Of a stretch of 64,000 bases of DNA, positions 53,507 to 64,000 are shown one piece after another. Below the pieces are notes generated by a model. That model was not told the origin of the DNA. It worked only from the letters and a program-made list of their open reading frames with translations, and ran no database searches. The translations under genes were made by a program, and so were the position numbers. Numbering within the stretch: position 1 is the stretch's first letter; each line of letters opens with the position of its first letter. The DNA comes from Felis catus (taxonomy: Eukaryota): contig NC_058369.1 of the NCBI RefSeq assembly GCF_018350175.1, positions 28,398,001 through 28,462,000 of the forward strand, in the 5' to 3' direction.

Positions 53507-54345
53507 TAGGTGACCCTTAATGACAGGGCACTGAACTGCCACAAATAAAAAAAAATGTGTATAACTTCTGATCCCCACAAAATTTAACTATGAATAGCCT
53601 ACTGTTGACCAGAAGCCTTACCGATAACATAAACAGTTGATTAACAGCTATTTTGTATGTTATGTTTATTATATAATGTGTTCTTACAATAAACTAAATG
53701 AGAGAAAAGAAAATGTTATTAAGAAAATCATAAGGAAGAGGGGAGCCCGAGTGGCTCAGTTGGTTGAGCGTCTGACTTTGGCTCAGGTCATGATCCCAGG
53801 GTCCATGAGTTCAAGCCCCACAGTGGGCTCTGTGCTGTCAGGGCAGAGCCTGCTTCAGATCCTCTGTCCTGCTCTCTCTCTCTGCCCCTCCCACTCTCTT
53901 TCAAAAGTAAATAAACTTTCAAAAAAAATCATAAGGAAGAGAAAACACAGTCCTATAGAGTATTCATCGATACTGCAAGTTTACATCATCATTGTACAAG
54001 ATGAATCTCATGTCTGCCAGCCTACATCAATCTAGTCTTACATGACACAAAGCATTCTAGATGTTATACAATTACACACACTAGGCATCAAAAATGGAAA
54101 GCTAATGTAAGGACTCTGTGTGTATAACTTCTGATAAATTTTAACTTTTCATAATAGATTTATGTATATTTTATGGTAGTAAATGACCAAATAGACTAGT
54201 ATCTACTTATATTTTATGCTGTCATAACATACCCACCTTTTTTCTTATCTTTTGGCTATCTCTAGGCTACGTGGTTTGTGACTTTTTTCAAACTGCCATA
54301 GATCTCAAAAAGATTTCCAAAATGTTCATTGAAAAAAAATTGCAT
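53507..54345. mobile_element. Tigger2-like TcMar DNA transposon
   Basis: TA followed by 'taggtgaccctt' terminus; 'agaagccttaccgataacataaacagttgattaaca', 'gaaaatgttattaagaaaatcataaggaagag'. Confidence 0.8.
53740..53925 (+). mobile_element. CanSINE inside Tigger2
   Basis: TSD AAAATCATAAGGAAGAG. Confidence 0.95.
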
Positions 54346-54879
54346 ACAGACACGAGAGACAGAGAGAAAGAGGTCTCCCTTTATTGGTTCTGTTTCTCTG
54401 GAGGACCTGCCTACCACAAGACTGTAACCAGGTGTCCATTTACTGCGGCTAAAAGGGATCTTCTCTGACATCTGAGACCTCCCACTTCCCAAGCCGGGTA
54501 ACTGTGCATGTGCCCCTGTGACTTCCGGCCTCCAGATCTGCAGAGTGAGAAAAGGGGTGATACTGACTCCTTGGGCAGGTTGGAAGAACTGCATGAGACA
54601 GTGTGTGTAGAAGTGCTGTATACGTTATGTGGCCCAATGGAAATGTCAGGAAGCACTGTCATGACAGGCTCGCTGTGACAATTCACAACCATAACTCTCC
54701 ATTCATGGCTGCACTCATTTAAAATAGCAATTACCTTTAAATCTGACCATCATAAAGCCATTATAAGTCACTTATATCTCAATAAAGCTAGGGTGGAGGC
54801 GGAGTCGTTATAGAACATTTGGAAGTTCATTACAGCACAAGGAAGACAATGTTTAACTATCTTCACTCCATAGCTAATG

Positions 54880-55032
54880 CTACCTACTAGTACCTAGCAT
54901 TTATTGAGTTCTAACTGTGTACCAGGCAGCATGTGAAGCACCATAAAGCAAGATCTCTACCTTATGAAGGTAGGTACTATTTTGGTGTGCATTTTGTAGA
55001 TGACAAAACTAAGGATTAGAGCAGGTAAAAAA

Positions 55033-55063
<31 letters not shown>

Positions 55064-55165
55064 AACCATGTCCCAGCAGATGCTGTTAGTAAGTGGCAAA
55101 GCCAGGATTCAAACCCTGAATTCCAAGTCTGAATGATGCCAAAGCCCATGCACTTAACTGCTAAG
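54880..55165. mobile_element. MIR with internal (CA)n
   Basis: 'atgaaggtaggtactatt...cattttgtagatgacaaaactaagg', 'agtggcaaagccaggattcaaaccc'. Confidence 0.75.
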
Positions 55166-55212
55166 TTCCAAGGCAAGTGATGAGTTGTGCACTTTAATAA
55201 CATCTTTGCTAA

Positions 55213-55658
55213 TGTAACAGCACTGCAACCCGTCTTCGGGGTGAACTTGCTTCAAGCTTCTGTGCTCCTTGCTTGCTGACCTAAGTCCCTCAATCTATAG
55301 CAGAAATAACTGACTTTCCTTGAGACCTGCAGACCACTGGCCTTGAGAAACGAAAGACCAAACTTCTCTAGAAGATGAGTACTGACTACATTGGGAAACA
55401 GCCACAAATGATGCCAGCGTGTCTGTTCAGGGTCACGTCAACGTAAGACTAACCACCTGAGCACCTGCCTCTCGTGCACATAGCCCCCCTCCCTTTCCCC
55501 ATGACTTTTCCTTTAAAACCTTATGTTTACTCCCAGACAGAGAAGACAGTCTTGGAGACGTTAGTCTGCCATCTTCCCAGATTGCTGGCTTCCTGAATAA
55601 AGCAACCTAGTGGTAAGCAGATGAACCAGAGTTAGAATGGGTTCTCTCTCCAGTAACA
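55213..55658 (+). mobile_element. ERV1 solo LTR
   Basis: TGTAAC...GTAACA ends, 4-bp TSD CTAA (55209-55212 / 55659-55662), TTTAAAA box near 55512 and AATAAA near 55596. Confidence 0.85.
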
Positions 55659-56210
55659 CTAATACGGAAATGGACTGTGACTGGGTAACCCTTAGGTGAA
55701 TAAAAACAGTACATGCATATTCCTCAGCATATAAACAAACTGAGATCATTGTATTACAGGGCTGCTAGCTCTCTTGCCCAGGGTAGCATTTTAATTCGAA
55801 ACGAACCAGAAGACTCTTCCATATTAACGCCTGCTAACACTCACCTTCACTTCAGATAAAGATACCCTGTCTGTCAGGCACCCTGAAGTTCATCTGGAAG
55901 GCTGGGTTTATCCATTTCAAAGTGCCCATACATCCATAGTCTCACTTCATTTTCCCAAGAGCCCCCTGGGTCAAGAAGGGCATGTACTATTAACTCCATT
56001 TTCCAGGTGAAAGAACTGACCCCTGAAGAGGTTAAGTAAGCCGCCCAAGGTCACACAGCAAATTAGTGGTACAAGCAGGATTGGAAAGCCCATCTCTCAA
56101 CATCCAGCCCGGGACACTTTCCTGTCACTTCCTCCACTCCTGAGGGGCTTAGGGTTGATACAGCATGCTATCTATTCCTCAGGGTAAAACCATCCTATCT
56201 GGGTAGGAAA

Positions 56211-56238
56211 GCGTATGCACATGCGCGTGCACACATGT

Positions 56239-56277
<39 letters not shown>
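56211..56277 (+). repeat. Alternating purine-pyrimidine tract ending in (CA)n
   Basis: Direct reading. Confidence 0.95.
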
Positions 56278-56279
<2 letters not shown>

Positions 56280-59200
56280 ATACGCTGTAATTTCATCTGC
56301 CAAAATGGTTTTATAACGGTCCAGTTGAGGATGCAGAAAATCCAGGCTGCCTTTCAGAAACAGAGCCCTGAGGGTCAATTTGGTCACGAAACAGGATTTC
56401 TTCACTCATGAGTGGATGGGTGGGTGGGTGGAGGGTCGGACTGCATTAACAACGGCTCAGGGGACTGTGGGATACAAGCTCATTTAACTTTCATTGCTCT
56501 TAGGCAGTGACAATGCAAACTGCAACTGGGAAACAGTTTTGCCCAAGAAAGAACATGGAGAAAAGCTGCATCTTAACTCTTCTGTGACTTTCTCCCCATT
56601 TCTAAATTGTAGGGTATTAAACAGTTCTTTGTGAAAAACAAGTTAATATTTTGACTCATTGTAGATGATATTTACAAAAAATAAAGAGCAAGGATGTGAT
56701 GATTTAGGAAAAAAAAAAAATCCCAGGATGAGATTATGGTCATATTAGGTCTTAACCTGAAACCAAAGAAAGTACACGTGGAGGTAACATACCACATTGT
56801 CAATGCAGCACCAAAGCCACGACTATCACACGGAAATATTTGCTTTTCATAAACTAGTCAACCAGTCAGACACCTCCCTCAGTGGCACTGGCCTCAACAA
56901 AGTAGAAGTTAACTTTTCTCCTCAAGGCCAGTTGGATGAGTAGACATAATAAGGCAAAAACAGGAACTGCAGAATTTGAAGCTCAAAGACAAAAGACTGG
57001 TATTGGGGATAGAAGTTCCTAGGAAACTGAAAGAAGGTTAATAAACATGCTGTCAAAACCAGCTCCAGTGACCTCTCATCAAGTGAGAAGCAGCACTAAA
57101 AGCTCGACCGCCTACAATGTTACCTTTAAAACCATCAGAAAACCTCAAGTGTCTTTTTCTCTGTTACATTAGCAAGAGGAAGTTTAGGAAGTTGAGACAC
57201 TGGGAGACGGTCACCTTCTTGAAAACACATGTGCCCCAGACTCACAGATGTTCAAAATGTGGGCCATGTTTCCTTTCAAACAAGAACTAAGATTAGGGCT
57301 TAAAACACAAAGAAAGTGATTTGAGGCCCACCAAAGTGGGTTGGGAATGATCCTAGTGGGAAAAGGTGAGAGAAAAACCAACAAAAAAAAAGCCAGTCAA
57401 AGGTGCGTTCACTAAAAATCCTGGCATCCAGGTCATCCAGTCATGGTACGATGTCCCAGGGAGAAACACGATCCGGGATCCAGAGATTTTTCACATTTCT
57501 ACTTAGACACACAACAAAATGTAAAAGGGAAGAGCCCATTCTTGACGTGTAGAAAACACCAAAACTTATTCTCTTCTCATTGCTGCCTTTCTCAAAATGC
57601 CTCACAAGTTTGGCAACTGGCTCATGAACACAGTCCCTTCTGGCCCTTACCCCAAACACTCTAGCACCCAAGCTGGGCAGCCTGAGTGGCTCACTAGCAC
57701 TCTCTCTCGACTCTATAATATAGTTCAACACGACCTCTCAATTTCCTTAGTTTTCTTCCACGTCTGTTACTTTTGAGAGGACCTGGGAGTTTACCAAGGG
57801 AGCCCAAATTCTTTGTGTATGGAGGCTAGGGATGTGGTGAGGATCGTCAATACCCATGCATTAATAATTTTACTGTTAACACCTTATTACATCTTGTCCC
57901 TTTGAATTCCACTGTCTTAAACAAACTCAAAAGCTCGCAGTTTAACAGAAGAGACTTTTCAAATGGTAGACCAGGAATTCAAGACTCTAAGAGGTCCAAG
58001 ATACTCAAATCTGACTCCAGAGATCATGGTCTTTGTGGAACATCAAAGATAACAACAGGAACTGGGGTTGAAAAGAGATCTTTTTCCCCACCTCATTTTG
58101 ATCAAGCCAGTAAATGTTACTTCATGCCAGGCAGTAAGTGGTAGGAATCCTTGTCCTTAAAGAAGTCACAATATAATGCAGTGTTTCTCAAACTGTATTC
58201 CTCAAAGCACAAGTGTCCTTGTGAAAAGGGTTCCATGGCCCAACTACTTTAGAAAATATGGCTTAGTCAAGCTCCTTTAGGATATTTTTCAAATCTATCC
58301 TAATTCTAAATTAAAGAAACTTTGTGTCTTTACTCCAGCATTTCTCAAACTTAATTCTGTACTGACCCATTTGCCTTGCAAAACACACACCTAGGGATGA
58401 GCTTACAAATGTTAATGTAAATGTAGAGGGATTCTACCTTTAGCTTAAACAAACAGATGAATAATTGGCGCCTTGAAGAGGAAATAAGGACAGGGAAAGC
58501 ATTTTCATACAAAGCACATTGTACTTCAACCAAAAAGGCCAGTGAATTTAAATGTTGTCCAAACTGAGAGTGTCTCTGTCTGCTTGCTGCAATGAGAAAG
58601 TGAGCCATGAATAAAAATGGATTGTGTGGGGTATCCGTTTTCCTTGTGTAGGCAGTGGGAGGGGTATCCAGCCTGCCAAAGAAATTGCAGTAAGATCAAA
58701 TCCTTGGTATCCTTAGGGGTTACAGTGAGGAACACTTTCTGGCACCCAACAAAAGGATGGTGAGAGTCCCTTCATCAGCTCGTGCCATAGCACACGTCTG
58801 CAGTCAGCTGCAGCATCAATGGCTATTTTCCCACCAGGCCAGTTCGCTAGTATGATGTGAGAATTATTCCCAGAAGCTTAGCCTCAAGTCTGTTCTCTGG
58901 GACTCCAAATGATTCTTTGAAATGCCTCATATCCCTTAATAAATATTCCTTTTCTATTGCTAGCCAGAGCAGATTCTGGTGTTTGCAACTAATACTCCTG
59001 GCCATATTTTCTTCCCTCACTCTCAGCATCTGGGCAATTAACATTTGTAGCCATTCACAACCTACCATTTCCCCTCGGGAAACTCTAATCTAACAATACT
59101 TTTCTGTGGAATCTCCACTGCCCTCCTTTACCTTCAAGCTATACATAGTCAGTGAGACTGACCCCTAGTTCTAGAATCCCCCCTGTATTCCTTGCCAACT

Positions 59201-59526
59201 CAGTCTTCTTTCTTAGCCTAAGGCTAGTCTACTTATTGGATGAAATATACTTTTCTGTCGGTCAACATGGCAACATCTTTGGCTAAGTCAAAAGCGCAGC
59301 TCTTCATTTATCTTTTGAGCGGTAAATACGTCCCTGGATAGACCAGTGCTTTGAACCCAATATTTATCTCTCAACCTATCCCATTCTTCAGTGATCATTT
59401 TGCTTTTTTTTTTTTTTTTTTTTTTTTGGTTATGCTTTGCACAGCTCTTCCAAAGTGTTAAGAAATCTGTCAGAGTAATCTGAAATCAAGAGCTGAGTGG
59501 TCTGCGTATTAAAGCAGGTAAGAATT

Positions 59527-59749
59527 GGGGCGCCTGGGTGGCGCAGTCGGTTAAGCGTCCGACTTCAGCCAGGTCACGATCTCGCGGTCCGTGAGTTCCA
59601 GCCCCGCATCGGGCTCTGGGCTGATGGCTCAGAGCCTGGAGCCTGTTTCCGATTCTGTGTCTCCCTCTCTCTCTGCCCCTCCTCCGTTCATGCTCTGTCT
59701 CTCTCTGTCCCAAAAATAAATAAAAACGTTGAAAAAAAATTAAAAAAAA
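59527..59749 (+). mobile_element. Young feline CanSINE
   Basis: CpG-intact; perfect TSD AAAGCAGGTAAGAAT (59511-59525 / 59750-59764). Confidence 0.97.
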
Positions 59750-62700
59750 AAAGCAGGTAAGAATGCCAGGAACTGTCCCATTTTCCAGCTTGGTGAGTGA
59801 CTAGGAACTCAGGCAAATTAAAGGGGTATCCACAGCATCCCCTCAAAAGGAGTCACTCAGTGCCTTCACAGGCTTCCTGTTCAAGATCACAGAGTCAAGG
59901 CCATTGGGAAAGGTTACTTAAAAAGTACTCTAGGAAAATGTTTAAATAGTCCTCTTAGGGAAGCAAAAAGGCACATTTCTTGATGTAGTGGTTTTAAAAA
60001 AGATTTAGATCCAGCATGTGAATTCCCATAGAATCCTACTTAGCCCCCTTATCTATGTCAAAGCAAACTTAGTTTCACATCAACGGTGCTTCTCATTTAT
60101 CTTAGTGCTAAGGATTTATTTCTTATGCAAAATTGTTCATTTTTACCAGCTTGGAACTTAAAAAAAAAAATCACATTCTTTTCTTGTAGAATTTTCATTA
60201 AGCCAAGGTGTCATCAGGCTGAAAATCTGCAGACGCAAACTTGGCTTACTTTCACAAGAAACTCAGAGGAGTGCCTGAGCCAGGCAACAGCGGATTATCA
60301 CAGGCACTGCTGACAGATTCTTAACAGTGTTGGGAAAAGAAAAAAACATAGGTTGTATATAATGATTTACAAAGATTTCTACTCTAACCTAAAGTGGAAC
60401 CAATAAGTTAGTCTAGACTGCCCCATAACTGTCTGTGGCCAGGAAGCTGCATTCTTCAGGGGGAAAAAAAATGTTGTAGTTGAAACTCAGAATGGTTTTG
60501 TTCCCATGATGCGTACACCAGACCTGGATTAATAATCTGATACCTGGAAGCAGGCAGGTGATGACTGAGATAAAAATTAAACATACAGATGATGGGCTAC
60601 ATGGAAAGCTTGCATCTCATGTATTTATTCATTTAGGCACCATAGAGTCGTAATCACAATGTCAGTGGGTAAAATCATTAAGCTGAACAAAATTATCAAA
60701 TTACCTATGGAGTGTCATAGAAAACTAATGAGAGGATTTCAAGGAAAAAGAATCAGACTTCAATCAGACATTTCAGGCAGAAAGACAGACACTAACAGTT
60801 ATGATCTGCACAGCAATAGTCAAGGAAACATCGAAACAGTTGAAAACCAACAATTAACCCAAGGTTAAAATGCAGAATATCAATATTTATTAGTGTACTT
60901 TATAACTCTGTGTCCAATTAAGCTCAAAAATCTCCTTAGACTTAATCCCCCTGATCATATGGGTATCTAATACCTGTCAATGCAATTTTCTTGATTGCTA
61001 AGGAAATACTCTTTATTCATTTCATTAGTCTTTATCATCACTATATTAAATTATCCCACCTAGTGTTTTCCCCTGGCTACCATTCGTGTGCCATGACAAC
61101 GTTTCTGTTTTCCAAAAGTATCAGACCTTGGATGTCAATGGCGATTTGGATCTTCTTTTTTCTCATAAATTAAACCATCCCAGCACCTTGCAAATGACCA
61201 GGCAACCACTTTACCATTCTAACTTGTAACTTGAGCTTCCTACCAAGCTCTTTAATTAAGCCACAATATCATTGCTTCTCTGGTTTACAAGATAATCATC
61301 TAATTCCCTTTTGTTAAACTATTGGGCCTTTGGCCTTACGGTTTATTCACTTGGGAACTAGATTACAGCTTCCCAGACTAAAGCTACAGTGGCATTATTG
61401 TGACTTGTTACAAGTTTAATTAACGCCAAACAATGGCAGTCCAATTTCTGGCTTAATACCACCTCCTTTCATATAGCTGCACCCTCGTTTTGCCTTGCAT
61501 AACCTCTTGATTAGTATTTTCTCCAAGTATTCTCAACTCACTCTTCCTGTTGAATCACAGCATTCCTACTGGAATGTGGAAGCTCAATTTTAAGACTTTA
61601 AAATATTGGGTCTGAGTTTGCAGTTACATGTTTGGTGGACCAGCTGAAGGAAGATAAGAAAATGTTAAAATTATCTTCATTGATGACGTCATAATTGTTA
61701 GAACAAAGCCCATTTTATGCAACGTTTTCACATACCTTATTCAGATAGCTGGGCAGAGTGGATATTACTATGTCCTTTTTCTTGATTGCTGGTTTCCAAA
61801 CTGTGTCAATGCCTACCATGCCCAAGACTTTGTTCCAACCAACATCACCTTATTTGTTTTTAACAGCATAAATAAGACCATTAGTTGAACACAAGGGATG
61901 TTGACTTTTAAATAAGGAAAGTTTGAAAACCTCTGTTACAGAAAAAGGAATCAAAAGTTCAGCATAGAAGTGAGTTTGCCAAAGTCAAACAGTGAATAAT
62001 TGAGAAAACAGGGATGACAACTGGGGTTTCCTGCCTCCAAGGTCCAACATTTATTTCTGATAACACTTACAGGCTCTGGTAAGGAGAATGCCCAAAAATG
62101 CATGTGTGAGTCCCTTCTCATGAGTTCTTTTTTTTTTTTTTTAATAGCCTTCTTGTTGATTGCAAGACTTAGGCTCTAGACAAGCTAGATATCTCTTACT
62201 GATTCATTAAGTCATTCCTTTACAAGTAAGCCTGCCCTGTGCCAACCACTGTACTACCTTGGAAAACCAAAAAGCACACAGAAGAACTGAATACTCTTCC
62301 TGCACCAGTCAAGCATACCAGTGGGACATCCATGAAGGAATTAAAGACCCAGAGGAAATCACTGAAAATGTAGAACAAATGACATTACCAAGTCCTAAGG
62401 AAAGAAAAACTGGTGAGGAGGTTACTGCTAAGACAGGAGGAAGAGAAAGAGAAACAAACAGAAGGAAACGATGAATTGCAGGAAATGGGGACAATCATTC
62501 TGAAGTTCTTTACCACTTTTCAACTTACAAACAAGGCAAATTGGTAGCCACTTGGCCTCTGCAGGGCTCAATCTTCTCATGTGCAAAGTTCATATGATAT
62601 TACTTGTTCCCTCTACTCTGCAAAGTCCACTGTGAAAATACCACAAGATAAAATATTTTGATGGCTTTTAAAAAAGCATAAGGTCATCTACAAATAAAGT

Positions 62701-63415
62701 AACAGGAAAGGGTACTGCTTGGTTGAGTGATGAAAGATGTAAGGTAGTACAGTATTATTTTATTACTTTATCCAAAAATTGTTTTATAATATTTTAAAGT
62801 CATTATCATTTTTAAAAACTGAGAATACTCAGTATAAATCTAATTGCAAAAAAAGAGTCCCAAAGTTGAAGAACCTGGTCAAAGGAAAACCTTAGTATTC
62901 TACGCAGAAGGGCTCCATCATTGGTTCCAACTCTCACACCCTGAGAAATTTAAGTTTAATCACTCAAAATGTACTGACCGAGAAATTTTTTATGGCATGT
63001 TCTATTCTAAGTTGTGGGGGAGGGGATGGTGAGAAAAACGTGCTTGGTCCCTGCCCTCATGGGATGTAATTCAACCAGTGGGGAGTAGAGGAGGGGTAGG
63101 ATGATACCAATAAGCAAGGAAATAAATGTGGGAACAAGAACACTTCAGTATGTATCTGTAAGACCATAAAACAGATGACGTCAGACATAGTGATTTACAA
63201 AGGAAGCAAGAGAGAAGCGGCCTTTTAGCTCAGGTGATTAGGGAAGGCCTTTCAGGGGAAGTAGCATGTAAGTAGAGACGAGAATAATACAATATTGAAA
63301 TAATACAAAATCCTAGGCCAGAGCTGCTGGATAACCCAAGGATAAGACTGTGAAGCAGGGATCAGATGCAAACCTGACTTGCTAGAGAGATAAGGGCATT
63401 TAAGAGAGTATCATT

Positions 63416-63630
63416 GGGGTGCCTGGGTGGCTCATTCAATTAAGTGTCTAACTTTGGCGCAGGTCATGATGTCACAATCGTGGGTTCGAGCCCCACATTG
63501 GGCTCTGTGCTGACAGCTTGGAGCTTGGAGCCTGCTTCAGATTCTTTGTCTCCCTCTCTCTCTCTGCCCCTCCCTAGCTCGCACTCTGTTTCTCTCTCTC
63601 TCAAAAAATAAATCAACATTAAAAAAAATT
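63416..63630 (+). mobile_element. CanSINE
   Basis: Canonical body; diverged TSD agagagtatcattg / agagattatcattg. Confidence 0.94.
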
Positions 63631-64000
63631 TTGTTGTAAACAAATAAAAAAAGAGATTATCATTGTGGTGAGAAAATTAACCCTATCTTGATGCAGAGAA
63701 GCCAATTACAAGCTTGATGCTAACCCAGACAATCTCCCCTTATTTACCAAGTTCACCTGGTTTCTGCTTTGGACACTTGAAAAAGGCTAGAAGAGGAAAT
63801 TTGGACCCACCATACAAAGGGAGGCCATGGAGGCAACAGCCACATTTGTTCCTTGTGATCCCTTCAATAGGTCATTGGAGGGTCAAGGAGTACTGACATG
63901 GCTTCCCCTATTGAACAATCCCAAGTTAGTGGGGGCTTAATATAGTCTGTAGTCCAAAGAAGTCAGAGGAGTAAGGCTTTAGAAACTAAAGATGTGTTCT

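Larger units (their letters stand above)
52889..54418 (+). mobile_element. MLT2-like ERVL LTR, interrupted by a SINE and Tigger2
   Basis: Start 'TGtgatgtttaaatttacgtgtcaa'; end 'tattggttctgtttctctggaggacctgcctaccaCA'. Confidence 0.85.
52455..54472 (+). mobile_element. MLT1 MaLR LTR split by MLT2 (own sequence ~52455-52888 and ~54419-54472)
   Basis: 'ctaacagaaccctgatttt', 'aaataaaccc...aaacca', resuming '...ttactgcggctaaaagggatcttctctgaca'. Confidence 0.65.

Noticed and set aside
55845..55893. Possible 49-nt minus-strand exon (AAG|GTGAGT donor)
   Set aside because: Weak pyrimidine tract and stops in all three frames; at most a non-coding or cryptic exon
1..64000. CRISPR-like arrays, operons or horizontally acquired systems
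   Set aside because: No regularly spaced repeat-spacer units and no long coding ORFs; recurring motifs are dispersed SINE copies

Overview
Mammalian (Carnivora, almost certainly felid) nuclear DNA, identified by 24 tRNA-derived CanSINEs, several of a very young CpG-intact feline type. A large part of the window is interspersed repeat: LINE-1 fragments, L2, MIR, hAT-Charlie and Tigger DNA-transposon fossils, ERV1/ERVL/MaLR solo LTRs and microsatellites. I find no recognisable protein-coding exon, RNA gene or CRISPR array; the longer ORFs come from repeats, low-complexity tracts or chance. The orientation of L1s, LTRs and (CA)n tracts suggests a large intron of a minus-strand gene. I see no evidence of a new biological system. 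The best leads are (1) an apparent ancient L1 insertion with a multi-kb 3' transduction that split a Charlie1 transposon (2176-10514), (2) a SOX/POU/homeodomain-motif-rich repeat-free block (27650-29100), and (3) a CpG-retaining block with kB/ETS/RUNX/GC-box motifs (50700-51240). Repeat subfamily names come from recalled consensus sequences, not a database search, and boundaries of old repeats are approximate.
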